Position numbers and translations under genes: made by a program
In this document: in pieces, positions 24,046 through 35,100 of the stretch
Layout: every line of letters begins with the position of its first letter
Numbering within the stretch: the first letter of the stretch is position 1
DNA from: a virus
Virus record (IMG/VR): IMGVR_UViG_3300025870_000008
Coordinates: 16,843-80,842 of that record
Length of the DNA: 64,000 nucleotides
Direction: 5' to 3' (one strand)
The notes under the pieces: generated by a model
The model's input: only the letters and a program-made list of their open reading frames with translations
Told to the model about the DNA's origin: nothing
Databases searched by the model: none

Positions 24046-25932
24046 ATGTCAGGGTGCAATAATAGTCAAATACCCGTAATTGCAAAAAAAATATTTGATT
24101 CTGAATTTTACGATCAATTTGACGAAACAGATAGCAATTACGAAAAATCCGTAGCCAATTTTCTGTTAAGAATTGAAGCTTGGTTAGAAACGAATATTGG
24201 ACAGCTTAATATACTTATTCATTCTGGATATAGAGTAACTCATAGCGAGCATATTTGCCCACAGATAAACCCAGAAGAGATAGCTATTTTCATACAGCTA
24301 TACTTAAAGGAGTACTATAAGAGACAAGCCCACAATTCTTTAAAGAATGTGAGCTCAAGTTCTACGAAAACTACATCTGGAGAATCTACTGTCTTTATGA
24401 CGGATTGGGTGGAATTACGCGAAGGAGATTCTTCAATAAAAAGACAATCTTTAATATCTACGCCGCAGCAAAAAATACAAGCTGCTCAAGCATTTAAAGG
24501 TATTTCTCAAGATGCTAACATAAAGCTTCAGGAGATGGTTCAGTATTATAATTTGCATAAAGCTTTACCCAGGCAAGTTGTTGCTAGGTATACAGGAGAT
24601 TCTGATTGTAGTCAAAAACCAAACGGTTGTGATGAGCAAATAAACTCGTGCCCCCCAGAGGTAACCCCGACGATAACTTATACAATCATATCAACGCCTA
24701 CAACAACTAAAACCGCTACAGTTACCGAAACGGCTACAATCACACCAACTGATACAGTCACAAAAACGGCTACGATCACTAAAACTGCTACAATTACCCC
24801 AACAACTACAGCTACCGAAACGGCTACAGTTACCGAAACAGCTACGGCTACCGAAACAGCTACGGCTACCGAAACAGCTACGGCTACCGAAACAGCTACG
24901 GCTACCGAAACAGCTACGGCTACCGAAACAGCTACAGCTACTGAAACCATTACAGCAACGGAGACAACTACGACTACCGAAACCATTACAGCAACGGAGA
25001 CAACTACGACTACCGAAACCATTACAGCAACGGAGACAACTACGACTACCGAAACAGCTACAGCGACCGAAACGGCTACGATCACACCAACTGCTACAGT
25101 CACGCCGACACTTACAATAACTAAAACAACAACCCATACTTCAACTTTTGATGAATGCTGTGGTGAGGTAAACAATTTAATAGACATCGTTAACACTAGT
25201 GATATAGTAGAAAGCGATAGAAGAACTGGAGAAGAAATATTAATTCAAGATATATCAAATCTAATGCGAGATTCCTCTGTTTGTATTGGTAGAGTATCAG
25301 AATCAGTAGACCTTAAAACGGTAAATATTAAAGTAGGAAATGTAGATCCAACAAAAGAATTTTCCTTGGCTACAGTAAAATTCGAAGGAGATCTTAATAA
25401 TCAAACAATTTTTATTAAAAAGAGGTATGGAGATGTAAACTCTGGCGTAGACCCAGTAGATCAATTTTTTAGTACAGAGTCCACCCCTACAGAAACCAAT
25501 AATCCATGTGGCTATGGATATTGTGTAGAGTATACCCCTTGTCAAGAAGGAGATGTTGACCCGTCAAAATGTATTGACAGATTAGTTTGTAGTAGAGCTC
25601 TAGACATTGCAAATGTGCATATTGCTTTCAGACCTGGGCAAATCCCTCCTGAAGTTTTCGTAGATGTGGGAAGATGTTATCGCAAAGTAGGAGAGTCTCA
25701 AGCTAAAGATTGTAGTTTCTTTATTGATGACAATACAGACTGCGGAGGAACTGGAGATAAATTTTTAAATGAAACAGAATTTAATAAAAATTTTGTTAAA
25801 AAACTAAATGATACCGTAGCTATCGCAGATGATTGCAATCAATGTTGTGCGTGCTCTCAGGATACGACATGTTTTAGTTGCGATATACAGTGGTCTGGAA
25901 ACTCTGGAGATTGTGACGTCTCGAACTCTTGA
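24046..25932 (+). CDS. putative head-tail adaptor with mucin-like Thr repeats and Cys-rich tail
   Basis: Position after MCP; helical N-terminal domain, about 160-aa Thr-rich repeat and Cys-rich C-terminus. Confidence 0.65.
   Translation: MSGCNNSQIPVIAKKIFDSEFYDQFDETDSNYEKSVANFLLRIEAWLETNIGQLNILIHSGYRVTHSEHICPQINPEEIAIFIQLYLKEYYKRQAHNSLKNVSSSSTKTTSGESTVFMTDWVELREGDSSIKRQSLISTPQQKIQAAQAFKGISQDANIKLQEMVQYYNLHKALPRQVVARYTGDSDCSQKPNGCDEQINSCPPEVTPTITYTIISTPTTTKTATVTETATITPTDTVTKTATITKTATITPTTTATETATVTETATATETATATETATATETATATETATATETATATETITATETTTTTETITATETTTTTETITATETTTTTETATATETATITPTATVTPTLTITKTTTHTSTFDECCGEVNNLIDIVNTSDIVESDRRTGEEILIQDISNLMRDSSVCIGRVSESVDLKTVNIKVGNVDPTKEFSLATVKFEGDLNNQTIFIKKRYGDVNSGVDPVDQFFSTESTPTETNNPCGYGYCVEYTPCQEGDVDPSKCIDRLVCSRALDIANVHIAFRPGQIPPEVFVDVGRCYRKVGESQAKDCSFFIDDNTDCGGTGDKFLNETEFNKNFVKKLNDTVAIADDCNQCCACSQDTTCFSCDIQWSGNSGDCDVSNS
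24661..25140 (+). repeat. Thr-rich coding tandem repeats
   Basis: 18-bp units (ACAGCTACGGCTACCGAA = TATATE) and three 36-bp units at 24946-25053. Confidence 0.9.
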
Positions 25933-25938
25933 TAGAAA

Positions 25939-26385
25939 ATGTCAGATTTAATACCCAGCAATGATAAAATTAAATATGATAAAATATTTGATGATATCCA
26001 TGATACTTTTGCTAGAGAGATAACCATTTTCAAAAAAGAGAAAAAAATTTTTATAGCAACTGACTCTACATATAACGCCTTATACTCAAGGATAAAAAAT
26101 CAGGCGGGGTCAGATAAAGTAGTAGAAGTAATCAAGATGAAAGCTAGAGTAGCATATGCAGGAAATTTCGAATTCTTGAGGCAAAATACAGAAAATGAAA
26201 TATTAGGAATAGATATACCTTCAGATCATATAAGGATAAAATTAAACGAAGAGGGATATAATATTATTAGGCAAGCTAGTGATATAGAAGTTGATGGAGA
26301 ATTATTTAATGTTAATTCCGATGCTGCTAAATCTGGAATGTTTAGTGTGAAATACTATAATTTATTACTAAAAAGAAGAGGGTAA
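25939..26385 (+). CDS. putative head-closure protein
   Basis: Synteny, 148 aa, beta-rich. Confidence 0.55.
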   Translation: MSDLIPSNDKIKYDKIFDDIHDTFAREITIFKKEKKIFIATDSTYNALYSRIKNQAGSDKVVEVIKMKARVAYAGNFEFLRQNTENEILGIDIPSDHIRIKLNEEGYNIIRQASDIEVDGELFNVNSDAAKSGMFSVKYYNLLLKRRG

Positions 26386-26386
26386 A

Positions 26387-26983
26387 ATGAATGTAAAAAT
26401 TAACAATAACGCTTTGAATAAGATTACTAATCAACAAGTCGGACCTATAGTTGGAAAAAAAATTGAGAAATCTTTAATTCAAAATGTTCAAAAAGCCCAA
26501 AGAGAAATGATACAGGAGCTTGAAAGCCATCCTGTGACCAAAGAAATAGAATCAGGGCCAAATGGAACAAACCAAAGTGGAACATTGGGTGGTTATGGTA
26601 ATTTGTTTTCTTTTATAGGTTTTGAACGTGGAATGAGCCCAATCAACCCAATTAGAAAAATAATTAAAAAAACCCTAGCGATTAGATCTGTACCAGCAAG
26701 CCAGAAATCTTTAACGCTAAAGTTTGAAGTTGAGGTCCCAGATAAAGAGGAGTTGTTTCAAAATTCTCCCATGCCATGGCAAGAAGGTCGAAGCTGGGCA
26801 GAAGGAATTGAAAGAGGTATTTCTGGTTTAGGTAATTATATAAACAAATCAAGCTCTAGCAGTAGATCTTCACAAGGCGTGCAAGTTAAAAATCGAATAA
26901 GAGGTGGGCAATTTAGAAATACAAAGTATTTATCATCAATAATAAACAACTTTAAGAAAAATGTTTTAAATTTTATAAAATGA
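26387..26983 (+). CDS. putative neck/tail-completion protein
   Basis: Synteny; basic 198-aa protein. Confidence 0.55.
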   Translation: MNVKINNNALNKITNQQVGPIVGKKIEKSLIQNVQKAQREMIQELESHPVTKEIESGPNGTNQSGTLGGYGNLFSFIGFERGMSPINPIRKIIKKTLAIRSVPASQKSLTLKFEVEVPDKEELFQNSPMPWQEGRSWAEGIERGISGLGNYINKSSSSSRSSQGVQVKNRIRGGQFRNTKYLSSIINNFKKNVLNFIK

Positions 26984-27861
26984 AAACTTCTTTTGATCAT
27001 GAATTATTGTCTAGTTTTTATCTTTGGTGTGAAGATAGATTGGTTTATTTTGCAGAAGCTTATGAACCTGCCGTAAATCATACATTTGAATATATAGACT
27101 CACTAGATGTCCCTGCTGATTACAATGGTTATTACAGTCCTTATAGACAATTTGTTTCTTCTTCCGATAAGTTTAATGTCAATGATTTTATTAATGTGGA
27201 AGGAACGAATATCAACGATAAAGATGGGATATATATTGACTATAACAGCGGTAGGGTTCTGGTAGACACCAACGATGTAAGGTTCGGAACTAGTACTGCA
27301 TTGAATATTACAGGTGAATTTGCATATAAAACAGTAAATTTATATATAACAGACGAAACTGAAGAAAGCGTGATTTTAAATAGCGATTTTATTATCAGCC
27401 CTACAAATCAAACATATCTACAAACGAACGGAGGTTTTTCTGAAAAGATTTATACCGTACCAGCTATGTTTATAACATTAGAGAATTCAGAAAATGTACC
27501 TTTTGCTATGGGAGGCATGGATTGTACGAAATTTTACATGAGGGCGGTTGTTGTGGCTGATTCAAATTATACGTTAGATGGTGTACTCTCTATATTTAGA
27601 GACTCTGCGAGAACTAGTTTTCCTTTAATTGATTATGAAGATTTTCCTTATGGAGAGTTTTCTCATATAAAACTTCACCCCTATAAATATATGGATTTGG
27701 CAAGCGCTAGCTCAAAGTCTATATTTATAGATGATTCGAAGTCTTCAAAGTTAACAGATAGATCTAGGGAGAAAATCACCTCGTCAAAAGACTATAAAAT
27801 CGGGTTTTTAGACTTTACATTATCAATACCAAGAATTCCAAGGGCTATTTTCAGTAGGTAA
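26980..27861 (+). CDS. putative tail terminator protein
   Basis: Lies directly before the tail tube gene. Confidence 0.5.
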   Translation: MKTSFDHELLSSFYLWCEDRLVYFAEAYEPAVNHTFEYIDSLDVPADYNGYYSPYRQFVSSSDKFNVNDFINVEGTNINDKDGIYIDYNSGRVLVDTNDVRFGTSTALNITGEFAYKTVNLYITDETEESVILNSDFIISPTNQTYLQTNGGFSEKIYTVPAMFITLENSENVPFAMGGMDCTKFYMRAVVVADSNYTLDGVLSIFRDSARTSFPLIDYEDFPYGEFSHIKLHPYKYMDLASASSKSIFIDDSKSSKLTDRSREKITSSKDYKIGFLDFTLSIPRIPRAIFSR

Positions 27862-27923
27862 AAATAATTTCACATTCATTGGTTTTTACTGTATATAGGT
27901 TTATAACTTAAATTTTATAAATT

Positions 27924-29201
27924 ATGGCAACAGACAGAGTATTATATCAAAGTGAATCGTTATACGTCAGTAAACTAGAAGGAACAGGCCCTGTTAGCGG
28001 GAATGGCAAACTTATTGACTCAGACGACATAGAAGAAATTAACAGAGTGCAAGATATGAGTTACAATTTAGAAGTAACTCGTACCGATGTAAATGAATTT
28101 GGACAGCTAGCTGCATTATCTAGAGAAGTTACAGAGCCGCCCACGGTTTCTTTAGATTTTTCTTACTATTTAACAGATGGCACTCAAGAGGGGCAGTTAG
28201 GTTTTAACCGTAACGAGGCTGGGCAATTTACTCTGTCCAACGCCACACCAATGACTAAAGACTTATTGACTGGGGACGATAACAAGGACGAATTAAATTA
28301 CTACATTGTTACCGTGCCAGAAGGAGAAGATGTACATGGACAAAAATCAGCGTTACCTGGTGGGGGAGAAACAGTAGCAAAATCAACTAATGGGGTAATT
28401 GCAGTTGGCAATGGTTTTATGACGAGTTATGGAATTTCAGCCGCTGTTGGAGAATTAGCTACAGCAAGTGTCTCTGTAGAGGCATCTAACATTGTTTTCA
28501 AGAATGACCTCAGTGGCAAGTTTACAAACCCCTCCATTGACGTAGAGTCAGCTACAGGAGGTAGGCTAGACAATCAAGTTGATTTTGCAAGTGTGGGTTC
28601 TTCAGATGGAGATATTAAGGTTGACGGAAACGAAGTTTTTGCTATCAGGCCTGGAGATATTTCTATAGATTTTGACGCTAAAGGATATTTAGACTCCACC
28701 GAAGCAGGAAAACTACAGACTGGAGGAGCCATACTTCCAGGTGTGAATGACACAAGCTTAAAAACCTCTATTCACGTACAAAATATTTCCTTGGATATAC
28801 CAGTGTCTCGAAGCCCATTAAATAGACTTGGTAGTTTGTATCCATTTTCGAGAAAGGTTGATTTTCCTTTGAATATGACCTTGAGTGTTTCCGCATTGAT
28901 GACCGAGTTTTCAGACGGAAGTTTGGATGAATTGTTATGTGGTGAAGAAAAAGGTAGAGATATTGCAATCGTACTCAACACAAGATGTGGAGCAGCTAAC
29001 GCAATGGTATTCATTATGAGAAATGCTATTCTTGACACCCAGGCTTTTTCAGCATCTATTGGGGACAATAAAACTGTAGATCTTACTTTCTCCTCTCAAG
29101 TTGGAGGAGCTAACGATAGTGACAACGGAATTTTCTTAATTACAGAAGCTAAGAATAAAGTTGGCTCTAACGACGGAGCTCCTACAACTCCAACCCCTTA
29201 A
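27924..29201 (+). CDS. major tail tube protein
   Basis: Beta-rich 425 aa with two related halves (RTDVNEFG / RSPLNRLG); followed by a terminator; precedes chaperones and TMP. Confidence 0.75.
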   Translation: MATDRVLYQSESLYVSKLEGTGPVSGNGKLIDSDDIEEINRVQDMSYNLEVTRTDVNEFGQLAALSREVTEPPTVSLDFSYYLTDGTQEGQLGFNRNEAGQFTLSNATPMTKDLLTGDDNKDELNYYIVTVPEGEDVHGQKSALPGGGETVAKSTNGVIAVGNGFMTSYGISAAVGELATASVSVEASNIVFKNDLSGKFTNPSIDVESATGGRLDNQVDFASVGSSDGDIKVDGNEVFAIRPGDISIDFDAKGYLDSTEAGKLQTGGAILPGVNDTSLKTSIHVQNISLDIPVSRSPLNRLGSLYPFSRKVDFPLNMTLSVSALMTEFSDGSLDELLCGEEKGRDIAIVLNTRCGAANAMVFIMRNAILDTQAFSASIGDNKTVDLTFSSQVGGANDSDNGIFLITEAKNKVGSNDGAPTTPTP

Positions 29202-29221
29202 TATAAAAATTATATTAAAAC

Positions 29222-29254
29222 AAAAACCTCAGGTTTCACACCTGGGGTTTTTTT
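29222..29254 (+). terminator. rho-independent terminator
   Basis: AAAAACCTCAGGT-TTCAC-ACCTGGGGTTTTTTT. Confidence 0.85.
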
Positions 29255-29289
29255 GTGTAAATACACGAAAAGGTAAAAGGTAAATACAC

Positions 29290-29574
29290 ATGAATAAAGA
29301 TAAAGAACTCTTAGAGTTTCAAGTGGTCAGATCAATAACGATGGTTTATAAGAATTGTTTAAATCTTATAGAGGGTTTACAACAAGAACATGACATACAA
29401 TTCGGCAAACTTAAAAAGTCTATGCCAGAAAAAAAAGAACTATTAAGTCAAGCAGAATACTTAGATCGCGCTCAATTTAACTTCTTGAGAAAAAAGATAT
29501 TAGATTCTGGTAACGATGTAAAAAGAGAGTTAATTTCCTATATGGAAAATTTTGATATAAAAACGAAAGAATAA
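29290..29574 (+). CDS. hypothetical protein
   Basis: 94-aa ATG ORF. Confidence 0.7.
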   Translation: MNKDKELLEFQVVRSITMVYKNCLNLIEGLQQEHDIQFGKLKKSMPEKKELLSQAEYLDRAQFNFLRKKILDSGNDVKRELISYMENFDIKTKE

Positions 29575-29589
29575 CTTTATAATAAAGTT

Positions 29590-30312
29590 ATGGCTAAAAT
29601 TTGTTTTAAAAGTAAATCAATTTTTTTTCATGTTCCTAAAAATGCGGGAACATCACTGACTGTATTTTTCGGTCGGTGTGGGTGGAATACATTTCGGTAT
29701 TCTCCGATAGATGGACCTTCTGACACAATAAGTCCTGATTATAAATACTCGAAAGGTTGCTGTATTAGAGTTCGGGAAAACATGAAACAAATTGCAGCTC
29801 ATAATGATTTAGAGAGAGAGCAGGGTAAAACTATCCCATACTTTGTAAAAAATATGAATTCATCAGAACTTCAAATGGTAAAAAAAATCGACCATAATAC
29901 TTGGGGTGATTTTTATAAATTTGCTTTTGTAAGAAACCCTTGGGATAGATTAATTTCGGCTTGGAAAAATAGAGTAACAAGCATACCCACTTTTGAAAAG
30001 TTTCTTGACTGTTTACCATTTGATAAAAGATTAACAGATATTTATTGGCATACTATGCCCCAGTATGATCATTTGTACGACGAACAAGGAAAACGATTGG
30101 TGCAAGATATATTTAAGTATGAAGAACTTGATGTGTATATGGACCACATTAAGTTAAAATTAGCATTGCCAGATTTTTCTATTGATAAAAAATGGAATTC
30201 AAGCGGAGCAAGAAAGCGTTACTCAGAATATTATACTAAAACTGAACAAATTGAAAAAGTAGCAAAAATTTACGAAAAGGATATAAATCAATTTAATTAT
30301 AAATACAGGTAA
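29590..30312 (+). CDS. sulfotransferase (Sulfotransfer_2-like)
   Basis: 5'-PSB motif FFHVPKNAGTS, 3'-PB motif FVRNPWDRLISAW, H..PQ and C-terminal YEKD...F.Y. Confidence 0.88.
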   Translation: MAKICFKSKSIFFHVPKNAGTSLTVFFGRCGWNTFRYSPIDGPSDTISPDYKYSKGCCIRVRENMKQIAAHNDLEREQGKTIPYFVKNMNSSELQMVKKIDHNTWGDFYKFAFVRNPWDRLISAWKNRVTSIPTFEKFLDCLPFDKRLTDIYWHTMPQYDHLYDEQGKRLVQDIFKYEELDVYMDHIKLKLALPDFSIDKKWNSSGARKRYSEYYTKTEQIEKVAKIYEKDINQFNYKYR

Positions 30313-30318
30313 AAGGTT

Positions 30319-31179
30319 ATGAAAATAAATGAAAAAAATATACTCTACTCGTTCTCTTTAAACTTAAATAAAGAAGTTGAAGAAGAAGTAGAAAAGAAAA
30401 CTAAACGAAAAAATAAAGAAACTGGAAAAATGGAAGTGGTAACTTCTATCGAGAAGGTTAAAGTGGATAAGGAAATTCCTTATAGAATGGTAATCAAGAA
30501 GCCAAATAGAACGGAACTTGAAGAAGGGGATATGTTTTATAGTTTGGAGCTGAATAAGTTTATTAAAATGGGATTGCTTACGAAAGCGATGCTAGCTAAA
30601 CAATACGGAAATCAAGGAGGAATATGGTCTGAAAAGGAGCAAAAGATATATGCTGAATTATTATACAAAATGCATCAAAAGCAGTTAGAAGTTCAACAGT
30701 TTTCCATACTTGGAGAAAATAATAGTTTATCTAATAGACAAAAAGAAAAATTAAACGAGTCAATAAGAGATTTATCTTTCTTGAAAAGAGAGTTAACTGA
30801 ATACGAAATGCTTCAAAACTCTTTGTTTGATCATACTGCGGATGTAAAAGCCAGAAACCGAGCTATAATGTGGTATGTTTTAAATTTAAGTTACTTCCAA
30901 GAAGGCGAAGGCAAGGATAGGCCTTTTGAAAAAATGTTTGATGGGGATAATTTTGAATCAAAATATGAATCCTATCAAGACAAGGAAGACTCAGAAAACG
31001 AATTGTACCAAAAGAGTATTGATAAAATTTCATCTATAGTTACAATATGGTATGTTAGTGGAAACCAAGATGCTGAAAGTATAGAGGCGATATTTGAAGA
31101 AATGAAAAACAACCTCAAGGAAGACGAATCTTCAGAGGAAAATTTAGAAGAGAATTTGGAAGAAGAAGCAAGTGGATAA
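30319..31179 (+). CDS. putative tail assembly chaperone
   Basis: Helical acidic protein between tail tube and TMP. Confidence 0.55.
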   Translation: MKINEKNILYSFSLNLNKEVEEEVEKKTKRKNKETGKMEVVTSIEKVKVDKEIPYRMVIKKPNRTELEEGDMFYSLELNKFIKMGLLTKAMLAKQYGNQGGIWSEKEQKIYAELLYKMHQKQLEVQQFSILGENNSLSNRQKEKLNESIRDLSFLKRELTEYEMLQNSLFDHTADVKARNRAIMWYVLNLSYFQEGEGKDRPFEKMFDGDNFESKYESYQDKEDSENELYQKSIDKISSIVTIWYVSGNQDAESIEAIFEEMKNNLKEDESSEENLEENLEEEASG

Positions 31180-32161
31180 TAGAGAAGCATCTTTGTTGTT
31201 TCAAGAAATATGCGAAGGCTTCTCTGTTTCAAAAATAAATTCGAAAAAAATTTATGTAAAACATTTAACATTAAAAGAATTTAATATTGTTAACAGTATT
31301 TATGAAGATTATTATTCTAATGCTATAAAAAAAAACATTCCTAATAGTAAAGATTTGTTTGAAAGCTTAAAGGAAACAGGTCAATGGACAGAAAAAGACG
31401 AAGAGAATTTATCTAACCAAGAGTTGGAGATAAAAAATCTAAAGCAGACTTTAAAAAAAGTATTCAGAGGGTTTGAAAAAGAGTCTATATCAAAAAGATT
31501 AAAAGAACTTGAACCTGAATTTAAAGAATCTTTAAAGTTAAAGAAATCTTTTTTACGCGTTACGGCTGAACACTACGCTGAAAAAAAAAGCAACGAAGAG
31601 GTGTTAAGACTGTGCACATTTAAAGATGCAAAATTAGAAGAAAAATTATGGACAGAAGAAGAGTTTCAAGATTTAGATTATTTTGAATTAAATAGTTTTT
31701 TTAATTTGTACTCGCAAGCTATAGAAAAGTTTTCGGACAAAAATATAATGCAAACTTCTCTTTTTAGTTCTTTTAAAAATTTAACATCCATTTTTGATAA
31801 AGATTTGTCTAGTTTTTTTAATAAACCAGTATTGCAACTAAGTTTTTACCAAACTAATTTACTGAATTACTCTAAAATGTTTCAGGCTATTTTTGAGAAT
31901 AGAGAAATCCCTAAAGATATACAAGGAGATGCGGAAAAAATCATTAATTTCATAGAGGAAGCGGATGCCAAAAAAGATAAAGCCGAAAAGATAATTAAAA
32001 AATCTCAAGAATCAGATGGGTTTTCATTTGCAAAATTGTCAAACGAAGAGATGAAGGAACTTGGTGTTGAAAAACCTAAAGGTAAAGATATTCACAAGTT
32101 AGCCCAAGAAAAAGGGGGGGAGTTAACCATGGAGGACTTCATGAAAATGCATAAAAAATAG
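31172..32161 (+). CDS. putative tail assembly chaperone 2
   Basis: Immediately upstream of TMP; GTG start overlapping the previous gene. Confidence 0.55.
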   Translation: MDNREASLLFQEICEGFSVSKINSKKIYVKHLTLKEFNIVNSIYEDYYSNAIKKNIPNSKDLFESLKETGQWTEKDEENLSNQELEIKNLKQTLKKVFRGFEKESISKRLKELEPEFKESLKLKKSFLRVTAEHYAEKKSNEEVLRLCTFKDAKLEEKLWTEEEFQDLDYFELNSFFNLYSQAIEKFSDKNIMQTSLFSSFKNLTSIFDKDLSSFFNKPVLQLSFYQTNLLNYSKMFQAIFENREIPKDIQGDAEKIINFIEEADAKKDKAEKIIKKSQESDGFSFAKLSNEEMKELGVEKPKGKDIHKLAQEKGGELTMEDFMKMHKK

Positions 32162-32188
32162 TGTACTTAAAGTTAAGGTAAAAGGAAA

Positions 32189-35100
32189 ATGAGCGTCATA
32201 CAAATACCAACCAGTTCGACTGGGTTTAAAGAAAGCATTGTTAGAGATGCTAGAGCGGCTCAAGCTGCTGTAAATAGGATGCAAATGACACCTCAGTTGA
32301 ACCCTAAAGGAATGGTTCAACCATTAGGTAAAATAACAAATGCTGCAAGCGAGTTTCAGAAATCAATGGATGCATCTGCAGCTCGTGTTTTTGCTTTCGG
32401 AGCGGCTGTTGGAGTAATTAATGGAATATCTGATGCTTTCAAGGGTATGGTGTTGGCTACCGCTCAAGTTGAAAAATCCCTAAAGGATATTCAAGTTGTA
32501 ATGGAAGTTTCTGACCAAGCAATGAGAAAGTTTGGAGACGGATTGTTTGATGTAGCTAGAAACACAGCAACATCTTTAAAAGATGTTGCGGAGTCGGCCA
32601 CAGAATTAGCTAGGCAAGGTTTAAGTGCTGAAGAAACTTTAGCAAGGGTAAACTCAGCGTTAGTGTTAAGTAGGTTGTCGGGATTAGACGCCGTAAAGTC
32701 AACAGAAACTTTAACAGCAGCAATAAACTCGTTTAACAAAGAGGGTATCACTCACGAGCAAATTGTTAATAGAATGGCAAATGTTGATGCTGCTTTTGCT
32801 GTGTCATCAGCTGATTTAGCTGAGGCAATATCTAGAGCAGGAGCCGTTGCTCAGTCATCTGGGGTTTCATTTAATGAATTGTCAGCGGTAATAACCGCTG
32901 TTCAACAAAGAACAGCTAGAGGAGGATCCGTAATAGGAAATGGATTCAAGAGTATATTTACTAGGATTAAAAGGAGCGGTGTTAGAGAATCTTTAGAAGA
33001 AATTGGGGTAGCAACAAAAAATTTAGACGGGTCTTTTCGTAGTGGAATGGATGTAATATTAGATTATGCAGATGTATACAAGACTTTGTCAGATAGTCAG
33101 AAAGCTTATACATCTGAGCAATTAGCGGGAGTTTACCAAATTCAAAATCTACAAGCATTGTTGCAAGATTTAAACAGTGGGTTCTCTATATATAATAAAG
33201 CTCTTGGAGTTGCGAATAATACAACAAATGAGGCCGTGCAAAGAAACGAACAATTAAATACAACTTTAGACGCTTTATTTAAACAAACGACTTTAAGCTC
33301 TCAAGAGCTAGCAGCCTCAATTGGGGACTTAGCCCTATCTGGAAACTTTAAAGAAATTCTAAAATTCCTAGACAGTTTAGCTCAAAAACTAAATTCTCTT
33401 TTTTCAGACGAAGGAGGGTCTGATATAGCTAAAAATCTCATCAGGGGCATTGGTAGCTTTTTAACTGGGCCAGGAATGGTTATTTTAGGAGCTGCTTTTA
33501 TAAAAATATTCGGGCTAGTAACAAAGTTCGCAAAAGAAGCCTTTGCGGATATACTAGGGTTAAATTCGGAAACTAAAAGACAACAATCTTTACAAGCCGC
33601 AATTGGGCAAATATTAAGTTCAAACGCTGGGATCTATCAAAAAATACTTGCGGCGGGAAGTAATACAGCGAAACAAGAGCAGATAATTTTAAACATTATA
33701 AAACAAGAAACAGCGGAACGTTTAAAACAAGAAGCTTTAATTAAGAGAATTTCGGCTGGATCAAGGCTAGCGGGGATTGGAGCTTCTGATGCTGGTTTTG
33801 TGCCTATGGGAAAAAGACCCTCTAGGAATCAAGGGAAGCGAGCACTAGGAATGGCTAGCGGTTTCTTGCCAGCTTTCGCTAGAGAATCCAGAGATATATA
33901 CAAGGGAGTAGGGGGAGCTAGGAAAACCGACTCGCCAGTTTCAACAAAAATAAAAACGACCCCTGGGAAGACCGAAGATGTTGTGGTAAATACTGGAGAA
34001 TGGATAGTTAGAAACTATGAAGGGTCGGGGGCTGATGCTGTTTTTAATCGAAATATGGCAAAAGCATATGGGTTGCCAAATGGCTCTCAAAAAGTAAATG
34101 CAGCCTCTGGAATAATACCAAACTTTTCAAAAGGGGGATTTGGGTCTGGTAAAACAATTAGCTATACCGCCAGACAACTTGGGGGGAGTGGCAATATGGG
34201 TGCAATATCAAAAATAAGTAAATACGCAGACTTAAGCGATAAGTTTACTGGAAAAGTAAAAATAGAAAGAATGCCGCAAAATAATTCGTATTTTGAAAAA
34301 AAGGCGGCCTTACTAAAAGATAAATTAATTCAGAGAGACTCAGGTCAAAAAGATGGAAGAGTAAAATATGCGGTCAATCAAGATTATAAAAAATTTTTAG
34401 AGCGAAGGTATAAAGGTTTGATAGACAACGGGGTTTACCGAGGAATTTTTACAAGTGCGGAAAATATAGCTAAACAGCCAGCGTATTCTGGTAAGCAGCC
34501 AGCGAAAACGAGGAACCTGTTTGCAAGTTTAGTGGCTAAATCAAAAGGGCTAGTCGGAGAAAGTAAGGGTAGGTTCTATTTAGCTGGTAAACCTGGTAGT
34601 CAGAAAGCGTCATACATAAAAGGAAACGATCCTTTTGATATAACTGTTGAGTCTATGACATCAAAGGGTCAAAGAAGATTTAAAAAATACGAGCAAAAAA
34701 CTAAAAACGAACAAAATATTACCGCAGTCCTTAAAAAGGGAGCTTCGTCGTTTTTAGATAATTTAATAAATCGTCAACAAAAGTCTGGACGTCAAGCGAT
34801 TGGGATAAAAGATGGTAATTTTCAGAATATTAACTTAACCCAAGGTTCGGCAGCTATGTTTAGAGGTGGGCTAAACATGCTAGTACCAAAAGATACAAAA
34901 ATTAAGAATTCTCCATTAAAAAAAGACAAAGGATACACCATTCAAAAAAATCAAGACCCTGGGCAAGGGCAATTTGGTTTCTTGAATGCTTCGAGTGGTT
35001 ATGTTCCTAATTTTGTTGACCGCAGAAATAAATATCAAAAAATAAAAGATGTTTTAGCTGACCCAGCTAATAAAAATATTAAATTTAATTCGCCAACTTT

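Noticed and set aside
24678-25196. Val/Ala-rich and Cys-rich minus-strand ORFs (also 63273-63962)
   Set aside because: These are reverse-complement readings of the Thr-repeat tracts, which lack stops by composition.
30319-32161. Programmed -1 frameshift between the tail chaperone genes
   Set aside because: I found no convincing slippery heptamer at the 31172-31179 overlap, and the second gene has its own GTG start. The A/G run near 32109-32120 is in-frame near the end of the second gene.
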